Shown piece by piece: positions 38,402 through 50,965 of a DNA stretch of 64,000 bases. A program made the translations under genes and the position numbers. Source of the stretch: Octopus sinensis (taxonomy: Eukaryota); assembly GCF_006345805.1 (NCBI RefSeq), contig NC_043006.1, forward strand, positions 56,668,001-56,732,000. Reading direction: 5' to 3'. The notes under the pieces are model-generated. The model was not told the DNA's origin. It saw only the letters and a program-made list of their open reading frames with translations, and ran no database searches. Within the stretch, counting starts at the first letter, position 1; every line of letters begins with the position of its first letter.

Positions 38402-39127
38402 CCTAACCCACACCCCACCCTTGCTTTCCCCACTCTCACCTGTCCCACCACACAACACCACCATGCACACACTAGCACTGACTACTTCTCAGCACCCACA
38501 CCATCATCCACACACCCATATATGCTCTCATATACACACGCACGTGCACCTTCATTTTGGGATCACCACTACTTTATTATCTCCCCTTCTTCCAAGCTCT
38601 CCTGTGTGACCCCTTTGTCCGGCATTCGCCATGATAGATCGCTAGCCACTACACTGTATTTTCTCTCCGTTTCTTTCTGTGGAAGAACGTAGGTTCTAAA
38701 TATTAAAGACTTTTTCACTTCTCGAGCATTAAACTAATACATCTGTTGTCTACACCACCCGACTTCATCTTTTGTTTTTTTGTGAATTCTCCCTATATAT
38801 ATATATATAAACACACACACATACACATATGTATATATTGTGTGTACAGTTAGATGCACAACTGCTACTGTTGAGTTTCAAACTCCATGCAGAATATCAG
38901 CATCCAATCTGCTTCCAGTAAAGTGGTGTGGTTACTACTATACTTAGTAGTGTTACTGAACATATATAAAATAATGCAATAAAGTGTTGTCTTGATGATA
39001 TACTGTGGTGTTCAGCAACCAACTGCACTTGGAACATTTAGTGCAAAGGTTAAAAATTTGAAAATAACCACAACTGAAATGTATGGAGAAAACAAACTTG
39101 CATTTAATCATTTCTCCAGCATATATA

Positions 39128-39525
39128 CAGGGTGTGATGGGTAAATTGTCACCATTTCATAGTTTTAATTTTACACATGTGCATTGTTTGTTTTTGATTT
39201 TGTTAATTACACAGTATAGTAGGGTCAGTTGAGCACCATCTGTGCGAAAAACAGTACCATGACACAATTTGGAAATTTGGAAACGAGATGCCTTACTGGT
39301 TGGCATTCGTGCCGGACGCTCCAATAAAAACAGATGGTGAATTCACAGAACCACTGACTTGCCATGTCCCCAAAATATGTACCGAGAGTGATAAAAATCA
39401 AACATCCAGCCAACATCATGGTGTTTGGAGTGATCACTAGCAATGGCAATGTTATGCTTCCATTCATATTCCCACATGGTCTCAGACTGAACACAGAGGC
39501 CTACATCAAATGCCTGGAGGAGGTA
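39128..39525 (+). mobile_element. Tc1/mariner maT (DD37D-like) remnant
   Basis: Starts TA|CAGGGTG. Encodes KHPANIMVFGVITSNGNVMLPFIFPHGLRLNTEAYIKCLEEV. Confidence 0.75.
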
Positions 39526-39659
39526 TATATATCGTTTTTAGAAAAACATAAATCCAGCGAAGCACACTCTAAGAAGTAGAGTGGTCTATATTTTTCCTGG
39601 TGAAGGCCGATTTATGGGGTTATCCTGGGTTTCCTGTCCATAAAGGGTTTAATTTTATG

Positions 39660-40360
39660 GCATATCGTCAAAACCCAAGATCTGATGACCTATGACCTCT
39701 TTAAAATATGGAAGGGAAAGTCTGGATTATCTCCTTTCGCCAATAGCTTCCAACCATAATGCCATCATTCAGCTGAGGGTAAATAATAGGGGATTATCTT
39801 CCTCTCTTGTTAGCTATCACCTTCTAGCAGTTCCCAAAAGGCCAGTAGAAATCTCCTAAAGTGCAAACATGGCCCAAGAATCTCCATTCTGGAGTTAAAT
39901 ATAGCCCCTGGTTCGAATGAGTCCCTTAGGATTCCCATGCATTCAGTTATGCATAGCTTGCAGCGTTTTATCCCATTTATGTAGAGTTCTGAGTTTTTGA
40001 GGATTTTCCACAAGATGGAGTGTGGAACTCTGTCGTCTTCTAGTTGCCATATGTGGCTGGCCAGCGATGCTATGTATCTCCTTTCCAGGATTTGAAGGAT
40101 CCATGGTTGGGAAAATGAATTTCTGGTCCAACAAATATATTTCTGTAGACTTGCAATGTCGGTGTTGTACCTATTATTGTTGTACACGCCACTGTAGCTG
40201 CTGTTGATGTAGTTGTAACTGCTGCTGCTGTTGCTATGTCAAAGCAAGGGCTGCAGGTGTTAGTGGTGGTGGTTGCATCGGTAATGTTACTGCTCCTGCA
40301 TATGTTACCAGCAAAGCACTTCTTTATGTTGTTACTAATGCTGCCAATGTTGTTGCTGCC
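39660..40360 (-). mobile_element. Second Naiad-type Penelope fragment (GIY-YIG C-terminal part + 3' UTR)
   Basis: QKYI(C)WT..LASHIWQL..ILWKILK..NGIKRCKLCITE..FNSRMEILGPCLHFRRFLL aligns with 22630-22930. The 3' UTR ggtcataggtcatcag matches 23057-23095. Confidence 0.8.
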
Positions 40361-40417
40361 ATACATACACACATATATATACACACACCTGTGGATGTAT
40401 GTGTGTGTGTATTCTCT

Positions 40418-40798
40418 TTCTCTTTTTACTTGTTTCAGTCATTTTGACTGCGGCCATGCTGGAGCACCGCCTTTAATCGAGCAACTCGATACCAGGACTT
40501 ATTCTTTGTAAGCCCAGTACTTATTCTATCAGTCTCTTTTGGCGAACCGCTAAGTGACGGGGACATAAACACACCAGTATCGGTTGTCAAGCAATGCTAG
40601 GGGGACAAACACAAACATACACTCACGTACATATATACGACGGGCTTCTTTCAGTTTCCATCTACCAAATCCACTCACAAGGCTTTGGTCGGCCCGAGGC
40701 TATAGTAGAAGACACTTGCCCAATGTGTCATGCAGTGGGACTGAACCCGGAACCATGTGGTTGGTAAACAAGCTACTTACCACTCAGCCACTCCTGCG

Positions 40799-40800
<2 letters not shown>
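40418..40800 (-). mobile_element. Full-length composite SINE (family A)
   Basis: Reverse complement of the 19647-20105 structure. Confidence 0.88.
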
Positions 40801-40865
<65 letters not shown>

Positions 40866-41332
40866 GTGTGTGTACCCTATATATATGTGTGTGAGCATGT
40901 ACATGTTGGATATATATATATGTATATATATATCATATATAAATACATGTATAGGTATGTATATAATCTATAAATATATATGTACATACATATGTATATA
41001 TATAATATATAATTATCATATATATATATATATATCATTTTTTGCTCCTTTACTTTGTCCTCCCTCCTGGTGCTATATGAACATTTAATGTGGTTTTAGA
41101 GTCAAGTTTTGACTGCTATTTCTGCGTGGTGGTATCTCTTAGATACCCTAAATTATAATTTTAAATATATGTGACCGTGTGTATTTCTTTCTCTTTCCTA
41201 TATTTCTGATAAAGAGCTCCAATCAAAATGTTAAATCACCTTTCTTTCTTTCTTTTCCTGAGTGTTCAATAACACTATACTTGTTCCATGTCCTCGCGTT
41301 GTTGTGTTTTGTCTTTGTTTTCATGTTTGGAT

Positions 41333-41372
<40 letters not shown>

Positions 41373-41432
41373 ATAAGAGTGGATCGTATACGAGTGGGTA
41401 TATATTTGTAAAAAAGAAGTTTGAAAATGCCA

Positions 41433-41640
41433 CTATCATCATCATCATCATCATCATCGTTTAACGTCCGTTCTCCATGCTAGCATGGGTTGGACGGTTC
41501 GACCGGGGGTCTGGGAAGCCAGAAGGCTGCACCAGGCTCCAGTCTTATCTGGCAATGTTTCTACAGCTGGATGCCCTTCCTAACGCCAACCACTCCATGA
41601 GTGTAGTGGGTGCTTTTTACGCGCCACCTGCACAGGTGCC
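41433..41640 (-). mobile_element. Short element carrying the RTE LINE 3' UTR and (GAT)n tail
   Basis: Reverse complement of gtggttggcgttaggaagggcatccagctgtagaaac...gtccaacccatgctagcatggagaacggacgttaaacgatgatgat, matching 34810-34965. Confidence 0.8.
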
Positions 41641-41880
41641 AGATAAATTTTAATTTTACATGTTTCGGTTCTTGAAATAACAAACCTTATCAAAAAAATT
41701 TTTTTTATAATAAAGAGTATAATGGAACAGTTCATAATTGTTACATACATTCAATAGAGTATATAGCATGGACTCTATTGAATGTATGTAACAATTATGA
41801 ACTGTTCCATTATACTCTTTATTTTTTTTAATAAGGTTCGTTATTTCAAGAACCGAAACATGTAAAATTAAAATTTATCT
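41641..41880. repeat. 240-bp near-perfect palindrome
   Basis: 41709-41760 and 41772-41823 form a 52-bp perfect pair around an 11-nt loop. 41641-41690 and 41831-41880 match at 49/50. Confidence 0.92.
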
Positions 41881-41920
41881 AATATAGTGGCATTTTCAAA
41901 CTTCTTTTTTACAAATATAT

Positions 41921-41934
<14 letters not shown>

Positions 41935-41952
<18 letters not shown>

Positions 41953-41953
41953 A

Positions 41954-41995
<42 letters not shown>

Positions 41996-42119
41996 CCGTC
42001 ACCATCACCGTGACTGACCAGGCTATCAGATGTTGCTACACATCGCTGGTCACAATGCGCTTCACATTGTTTTAGCCTTCAAATTACGCCACCCCGCTGG
42101 CTAAGCGAGAAGGCCAATA

Positions 42120-42158
<39 letters not shown>

Positions 42159-42370
42159 TATATAGAAATATACGATATATTATCATATATATATATATAT
42201 ATGTATCATATACATATATATATATATATATATGATATATATATATCTGTATATATGACAATTATTTGTAGCCATGATAAAACTCCGAGAATTGCGACAT
42301 ATTATATTTACAGATAAATTCCTCTATTTACAGATTATCAAGGTCTCTTTCATTCTTTTGTTGTCTTACC

Positions 42371-42438
<68 letters not shown>

Positions 42439-42791
42439 CATATATGTACAAAAATTCTATAATTATGAACATAATTATAATCAGGGGTCAGCTAATTGCT
42501 TCGCCATGCACTGAATTTAGAAATATATATACATATCATTTAGAAATAGAAGTTAAATGCGTTTTCTACTACCAAAAGAATCTCCCAGACATTAACACAC
42601 TTTTTTCCTGTGCCCATATATACATATATATACGTATCATATATATATAATTTTATTATACATATATAAATATTATATATATTTTTGCTTTTTGAGCCAA
42701 AAATTAACTAACTATATATATACATATATATATATATATACATACATATATATTATATATATATAATATATATATATATACACACACACAA

Positions 42792-42833
<42 letters not shown>

Positions 42834-43206
42834 CCGTCACCATCACCGTGACTGACCAGGCTATCAGATGTTGCTACACATCGCTGGTCACAATGCGCTT
42901 CACATTGTTTTAGCCTTCAAATTACGCCACCCCGCTGGCTAAGCGAGAAGGCCAATATATATGTATATATATATATATAATATATATATATACATATTAT
43001 ATAGAATATACGATATATTATCATATATATATATATATATGTATCATATACATATATATATATATATATGATATATATATATCTGTATATATGACAATTA
43101 TTTGTAGCCATGATAAAACTCCGAGAATTGCGACATATTATATTTACAGATAAATTCCTCTATTTACAGATTATCAAGGTCTCTTTCATTCTTTTGTTGT
43201 CTTACC

Positions 43207-43274
<68 letters not shown>

Positions 43275-43572
43275 CATATATGTACAAAAATTCTATAATT
43301 ATGAACATAATTATAATCAGGGGTCAGCTAATTGCTTCGCCATGCACTGAATTTAGAAATATATATACATATCATTTAGAAATAGAAGTTAAATGCGTTT
43401 TCTACTACCAAAAGAATCTCCCAGACATTAACACACTTTTTTCCTGTGCCCATATATACATATATATACGTATCATATATATAATTTTATTATACATATA
43501 TAAATATTATATATATTTTTGCTTTTTGAGCCCAAAAATTAACTAACTATATATATACATATATATATATAT

Positions 43573-43600
<28 letters not shown>
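41935..43600. repeat. Direct tandem duplication, ~838-bp period
   Basis: tccgtcaccatcaccgtgac at 41995 and 42833; the following unique sequence is essentially identical. Confidence 0.9.
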
Positions 43601-43620
<20 letters not shown>

Positions 43621-43649
43621 CATATATATATATACGTATCATATATTTA

Positions 43650-43699
<50 letters not shown>

Positions 43700-43719
43700 T
43701 ATCATATATATATATACGT

Positions 43720-43757
<38 letters not shown>

Positions 43758-44271
43758 TATTTCAAACATATATACATATATCATATGTATATATACATAT
43801 AAATATCATCAAATACATGTATGTATTTGAATATGTCATGTTTGATTTACATGTTTTTCGTGTCAAGTATGTTTTAAATGAAAAAATGATTGAAGTATTC
43901 TTTCAAAACCAGATGCCTTTCCTGTAATTAACACTTGACTGTGTTTTAAATAAGGAATCTCTTAATTACACATGTCTTGAAAGGCTTGAAGTAAGCAGAC
44001 AATTTGTCAACCAGAGAAATGACAACAGCAAACCTTGTAGCTTGCAACTTTTATAGAGCACAAACATAAACAGATATACACACATATTATATAGATAGAT
44101 TTCTTACAGGTTCCATCTATCAAATTTACTCACAAGGATTTGGTCAATCTTGGCTATCATAAGTGATACTTGGCGAAGTTGCCATGCACTGGGACTGAAC
44201 TCAAAACCATATGATTAAGAAGGGAACTACGTGCCTGTGCCTTCTATCAGTCTTTCTGTACATATGTATGC

Positions 44272-44318
<47 letters not shown>

Positions 44319-44621
44319 TAGTATGTAGATAGGGTTGTAATCGAAGCCGTGTCCTCATGAAGCACACCTGTATATTCCAGTATGCCAACATTGTATGTAG
44401 ATGTTATAATTGTGTGAGGCATGTATAAGAGTAGAAAAATATTGGAAAATAATATTTGCAGAGTAATTATGCATCAAAACAGTAGACTGGAGAATATTTT
44501 TAGTATTATTTATTCACCATTGCACATGTCTCATTTGCTAATAGGAGTTAGAATATTATACATGTAAGAGAAAATTATAAAATATCTCTTATTAAAAATT
44601 CCTCAGACAGTGAATCAATTA

Positions 44622-45190
44622 TCAGGTTGAATAAAAAATAAGCAACGTTTTGAACCATGAAGAATTTGTACCAGATTTTTGCAGGGTTTTGAATTTTTGT
44701 TAAACATTTTTTTTGCAGTTGTCTGATAATACAGATATAAACTTACCCAAATGCATCAATAAATTAACATTTATATTTTTTTTCCCCATTGTTACAATCA
44801 TCTGAAATGGAACTGTGAAAGTGCGATATTTGATCAGTTTTGCTATTCAACTTCAAAAAAGGATGTAAAGCAGCTAAAACTGTTCATGATAACAATGAAA
44901 CATTTGGTGGGGAAATGACCAGTGAGAGGTCAGCTTGAAAATGGTTTAAATGATTTTGCAGATTGTGAGCATTACGGACGCCCATCTGTCATCGATGACA
45001 GTCAAGTAGAGACTGTCATTGAGAAAGATCCATATAAAACCACTTGAGAACTGGCAAAAGAACTTTAAGTTAACCAGAAAACTGCCTGCAACCATTTGCA
45101 TGCAATCAGAAAATCAAAAAAGCTCGACAAATTTGAATGAAAATCAGAAAATGCTTATTGCTTCTTCTCCGCAACCAGACCAAAAGCAAC
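44622..45190 (+). mobile_element. mariner transposon remnant (5' half)
   Basis: TIR-like tatcaggttgaataaaa. Encodes SVLLFNFKKGCKAAKTVHD..ETFG..GRPSVIDDSQVETVIEKDPYKTT*ELAKEL..SKKLDK. Confidence 0.8.
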
Positions 45191-45499
45191 AATGAGCAAT
45201 GGCTAGAAGAATATTGAGTGAAACCTGATGACCAGTTGATCTAGCAAGCAGGGTCTCATTTCAGTGAGGGGTGCCCAATGATGCTGTCAAGAGATAGGTC
45301 GCGAAATGTCAGGCATTCTCTCCTAATGGCCCCATAAACTTGCTAGCATCTGGTATGCAGAGCTTTCAACAGGTAACACTTGCATCTGCATGTTGTTTGC
45401 AAAAAAAATATTAAAAAATATATATTCGACCCTGTGCTTCAGGAGACCTATTGAGTCAAGTACATCAACATCAAAAATCAATGGAAATTGTAGTTGTGA

Positions 45500-45758
45500 T
45501 CCCTGTGCCGGTGGCATGTCAAAAGCACCATCCGGACGTGGCCAATGCCAGCCTTGCCTGGCACCTGTGCCAGTGGCACGTAAAAAGTACCCACTACACT
45601 CATGGAGTGGTTGGCATTAGGAAGGGCATCCAGCTGTAGAAACACTGCCAGATCAGACTGGAGCCTGGTGCAGCCTTCTGGCTTCCCAGATCCCGGTTGA
45701 ACCGTCCAACCCATGCTAGCATGGAAAACGGACATTAAACGATGATGATGATGATGAT
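45500..45758 (+). mobile_element. Short element carrying the RTE LINE 3' UTR and (GAT)n tail
   Basis: Same tail as 34810-34965 and 41433-41640. It is preceded by the ggcacgtaaaaag(c/t)acccactacactc block also present in the 41433-41640 copy. Confidence 0.8.
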
Positions 45759-47278
45759 ATTCATGATCCGCATTATCATCACTTTTCTATGCTGGCATTT
45801 GTTGGGCAGAACTGAGCCAGTACCTCCACCTCCACTCCCAACTGAGTTGCAGGACTACATTTTGTTCATACTTTCTCTTTGCAACGTAAGTTTCTGTGTC
45901 TGGATTTAACACCAACCACCTTACAAAAAATGTATTTGTGTGTGTGAGGGTGTAGTTGGTATAACAAACAGGAGAAAAACTATTCAATAATATAGTAGGG
46001 GGTAACATATTTTAATTGATCCAGTAGCATCATAGACAATGTCTTTGTCCCTATCCCAAATTAACAATTGGTGTTGTTTTGTTTATGTCCTTGCAACTTC
46101 ACGGTTTAGCAAATGACACTGATAAATAACAAACTTAAAAATATGTAGTGGGCGCAATTAGTTTCACTAAACCTTTCAAGGTGGTGCCCCATCATGGCCA
46201 CAGTTCAATAACTGAAACAAGTAAAAGAGGTAATGTATGAATGTGTATGTATAAGAACTACATACACAAACCTATCTGTAGATAGAATAACAAAGAGAGG
46301 AGAAACACAGGCAGTAATAGAGAAGCTAGTTATATTAGTCAGCAATTGTTAGACTTTTTGAGAAAATCTAAAATATATAAGTTTAGTTGTATGTCTGTAT
46401 CCAACAATGTATATTATTCTCAGACTTGCACATTATATGAAATACAAAAAGGTCACAAATTTCCAGGACTTTCACATATATTACTCAGATGAAACTTGGC
46501 TGAGTGACCCAAGTGTCTTATGTTCAGTAATCTTCCATTTATTAGACAAGACAAACATGTAAGCACTGAGGTGCGACTGGCACCTTTATTTATGATACTG
46601 AGAATGATGGATTTTGGTTCAAATAAGAATGCAATTATTTTGTTTCACAATGTTACAGTAGTTTGTTTCAATATTAAAAGTAATGTAATTCAATTTAAAA
46701 GATCTCTGATATCACTGTTAAAAACCAGTGTTCAAGTCTTGTTTCATCTTAACTCCTTAACATTCAGATTGTTTATTCACATTGCTTTGAATTAATCATG
46801 CATTACCTGTAGCCTTGAGATTTCATTGATCTGATTGCTTATTTTTAGATTGACTTTCTAGGATAGGTGCAAGAGGCCAGGCCTGACCGGTTTGAACATA
46901 AAAGAGGTAGAATATTTGGGCCAGATATGGCCGGTTTAAATGCTAAAAGGAGAAACATATCAATTAAAATCTTCCTCGCTACATGGAGAGGAAGCCACTC
47001 TGTCACGTGTTAACATCATCAGATGATCTAGTTCCTATTTCCAATGTTTCAATAATGTGAAGTGTCATCATGTAGTTATCATCATTTAACATCCATGTTT
47101 CATGCTGGCATGGGTTGGACAGTTTGACGACGAAGAATTACTTGTTATGTCCAAATATACAATGAAACATCAATGCTTCATTGCATATATATAAGCAGAT
47201 AAAAAAAAATCATAGTGACTGCCTGCAAGCAAGTATGACTTAGTAATGTATATCATGCTTTCGCTCATTATTTTAAGT

Positions 47279-48631
47279 GTCTACATAGTTACAAGCAGAT
47301 AGACACTCTACTGACCTTCTCACCTTTATCTCATAATTTTGTTGATCCAAACACCTGATTAATAATTAAAGAAAGTAGTTATTTTACTAAGACTGTTCAA
47401 ATTGATTATGTGTATTTCATTGGGAACATGACTATAACAGAATTTAGCATCAAATTTGATTTCAACTTACATTTTCTACAGCTATTCTAACAACAGTGTA
47501 ATAATACTTCTGTAACCTCTCAGAGGAAACATGACTCCTCCTTCACTCCTCTCCACCATTCATTTATGGTTTGAGAATAATTCTATAATTGTTGTAAACT
47601 GGAATGGAACTTACTCTCTTTCTGCTCACATCCATTCTCCATTTAATGCTACTTGGTTTGCATCTGTTAGAGAGATAGATTAGGTATAATAAACTCAAAG
47701 AGCAACTAGAAAGTGAAAGTAGTATCTAACTTAGGATGTCTCATAGATAGTGGTGGCAATGGTGTTGGAGGTTATCATGGCAGTGGTGGTGGTGGTGGTG
47801 TAGTGGTGACAGTGGATGTGTATGATGGCAGCAATTATAGTGTTGGTGTTTTTGTAGAGGTGGTGGTGGTGGTGGTGGCGGCAGTGGATGATGATGATAA
47901 TGATGATGATAGTAGTAGTAACATTGATTATGTTAGGATGTCTCATGGATGGTAGTGTTGAAGATATTGCAGAGTGTAGTGGTGGTGAAACTGGTGATTT
48001 TGAATATGATGCTGGTATTGGTCTTGGGGTTGTGGTTGCAGAAGATGGTTGTGGTGGTGGCATTGGAGGTTGTAGTAATGGTTGTAGTGGAGGTTGTGAA
48101 GATGATTCTGATATTGATAGTCTTTGCATTGAGGTGGTGGCAGAGTCAGAGTAAATAATAAGAGCCCAGTTAACACAAGATTCTTAAATTTCGGAGATCA
48201 TAAGATAGAGAGCAAGAAGTTAAAAGTTCCAATACTGGCCCAATTCCTACACCCCAGATTCGTCAACTATTTTATAAGAAAGGGGTTAATGGCAGGATAG
48301 GGATTCAGCTTAAAAATAAATTGTATAACAAAAAATACATAAATAAATTACTGCTCCAACGATGTAATTTTAGTATGTGTGTATGTATGTATGTATGTAT
48401 GTATGTATGTATGTATGTATGTATGTATGTATGTGTGTGTGTATGTATGTATGTATGGATCAAAACAGTTTGATTCAAATTCTGTGGTACTTATATATTC
48501 ATACATAAATATACATGTAGATGTATATAACATATATATATATATATCCCTGCTTCCTTTTCCTGAGCGCCTATTAATAATAATACTGTAATTGTTCCAT
48601 TGTTGTTGTTTTTTTGTTTCCCGTTTGGATT

Positions 48632-48666
<35 letters not shown>

Positions 48667-48726
48667 ATGTAAACATATTTTATATATATATGATGTATGC
48701 ATATGCATTAGAATATGTGTGTATAG

Positions 48727-48773
<47 letters not shown>

Positions 48774-49487
48774 TATGTTTGTATACATGTGTGTGTGTGT
48801 ATAAAAATAAATATATGCATATATCAATATATGTGTTTGTGTGTATGTGTAAAAGTTTCAAATTCTATAAAGCAATACAAAGAATAGAAAATAATTTAAA
48901 CGTGGCCATTTACAAACGAATAAGTTTCAAATTCTATAAAGCAATGCAAACAATGGAAAATAATTTAAACACTAATTTTATATATACCCAGACTTTCAAA
49001 AAGAATTTAGGGATCTACGTTACAAAACGAATAAGCAGGAAATGATATCAGCTCAAAACAAAGAATACCATTGGTTAAAATTCGAATAAATAAACTACGT
49101 TAAACTTAGAAATTACAATTTCGTTTTCAATTTGGTTTACAATAATGTTTTCTTTTGACATATTCTACCAGTATACGAAGTTTCAAATTTTCTAGTTAAC
49201 TAGAAAATTCTGTCCATCTATTAGAAAAGATCCCAGTTTTGTTTCTTGGATAAATTTCATAGTTTCCAGTTTCAGGCGAATGGCGTCAGTGATATATGTG
49301 GCTGAAATGAAGTTAAGTTCAGTTCAGGAAGTAGAAATTATAAGATCAGGAAGTAGTGAGTCCTCACAGCATTTTCGAGAAATAATGACGTATTTAGGTT
49401 AAGGCTAAGGGCAATTTTTTTTCTTCTTTTAGGAATTAGAACTATCAAATGTACTGCTGCTGGTTTTTATGACCCCAAAGACAATAT
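47279..49487. repeat. Right arm of the inverted duplication
   Basis: Boundaries: gtctacatagttacaagcag (47279) = rc of 31363-31382, and tatcaaatgtactgctgctg..gaccccaaagacaatatg (49443-49487) = rc of 29725-29772. Confidence 0.9.
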
Positions 49488-50242
49488 GTCGGCACCCTCT
49501 TTTGATCTCTGTCGGCACCATCTTTGATATCAAAGATGGTGCCGACAGAGATCAAAGAGGGTGTCGACAGAGATCAAAGAGGGTGCCGACAGAGCTCAAA
49601 AATGTTGCCGACAGAGATCAAAGAGAGTGCCGACATATATCAAAGATGGTGCCGGCAGAGATCAAAGAAGGTGCCGACAGAGATCAAAAATGTTGCCGAC
49701 AGAGATCAAAGAGGGTGCAGAGAGAGATCAAAAGAGATCAAAGAGGGTGCCGACAGATATCAAAGATGGTGCCGACAGAGATCAAAAATGTTGCCGACAG
49801 AGATCAAAGAGAGTACCGACAGATATCAAAGATTGTGCCGACAGAGATTAAAGAGACTGCCGACAGAGATCAAAGAGGGTGCCGACAGAGATCAAAGAGA
49901 GTTCCGACAGATATCAGAGATGGTGCCGACAGAGATCAAAGAGAGTGCCGACAGATATCAAAGATGGTGCCGACAGAGATCAAAGAAGGTGCCGACAGAT
50001 TTTTTTAAATGTTGCCGTCAGATATCCAAGAGATTGCCGACAGAGATCAAAGAGAGTGCAACATTTTTGATCTCTGTGGGCACCTTCTTTGATCTCTGTC
50101 GACACCATCTTTGATATCTGTCGGCACCATCTTTGATATCTGTCGGCATTCTCTTTGATATATGTCGGCACCCTCTTTGATCTCTGTCGGCACCATGTTT
50201 GATATCTGTCGACACTCTCTTTGATCTCTGTTGGCACCATCA
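49488..50242. repeat. 22-bp minisatellite (~34 units) with two orientation switches
   Basis: Unit GTGCCGACAGA(G/T)ATCAAA plus 4 variable nt (GAGG/GATG/GAGA/GAAG/AATG). Reverse 49488-49528, forward 49529-50058, reverse 50060-50242. Confidence 0.93.
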
Positions 50243-50723
50243 GCTAACATACAAAAATTATGAAAAAAGCGGAGCAAAGAAATAAATACAAGCTTGCTTC
50301 CCAACCACGTGGTTCTGGGTTCAGTCCCACTGCGTGGCACCTTTGGCAAGTGTCTTCTACTATAGCCTCATAAGACTCCTTGCTAATTTCCATTGTGCCA
50401 TGTCAGCAATAGACATAGACTGAAATAACTCAAGTGACCATAGCACCTCTCTTATAAGCATTTCCATTTTGCCAAGTCAAAAAGGGATTTCTATATACTT
50501 TACCGTATCACTTTCATGATCATGAAGTACCATATCTGGGTGTTTTACAATTTCTACCAGAATATCCCCATCCCCACCACCAATCAGTAATCCTTATATA
50601 TATCACATATATATATATATATATATAAGGCATCAGCCTCTGGAGCTGAGGATTACATGTTCATGTCTCATCAGGATCAACATTCAAAAGTGTGTGTACA
50701 TGTATGTGTGTAATGCTTGAGAA

Positions 50724-50965
50724 TGCATGGCCTAGTGGTTAGGGTGTTGCACTCCTGATTGCAAGATCGTGGTTTCAATCCCTAGACCGGGTGGTGTGTT
50801 GTGTCCTTTATCAAAACAATTCGTCTCATGTCGCTCTACGATCACTTCAACATCTGACATGTGGTACACAGTGCACCTGTTCATGCAATGTCGATTTGAT
50901 GGAGACAGAGCAAGGAGCTAATGTACAGTACATACATTTGGTCACTATAAACAAATCATTTGAGC
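50724..50965 (+). mobile_element. tRNA-derived SINE
   Basis: gcaTGGCCTAGTGGttagggtg...GGTTTCAATCCct has A/B boxes and a head similar to family C, with a different body. Confidence 0.6.

Noticed and set aside
29725-49487. Polinton/Maverick interpretation of the ~20-kb inverted-repeat-bounded block
   Set aside because: The interior has no DNA polymerase B, integrase, ATPase or capsid remnants, only unrelated TE debris.
49469-50240. ORFs of 86-196 aa over the 22-bp array, and a possible CRISPR-like reading
   Set aside because: The 22-bp unit cycles through all frames and is open on both strands. There are no unique spacers and no cas genes, and the context is eukaryotic.
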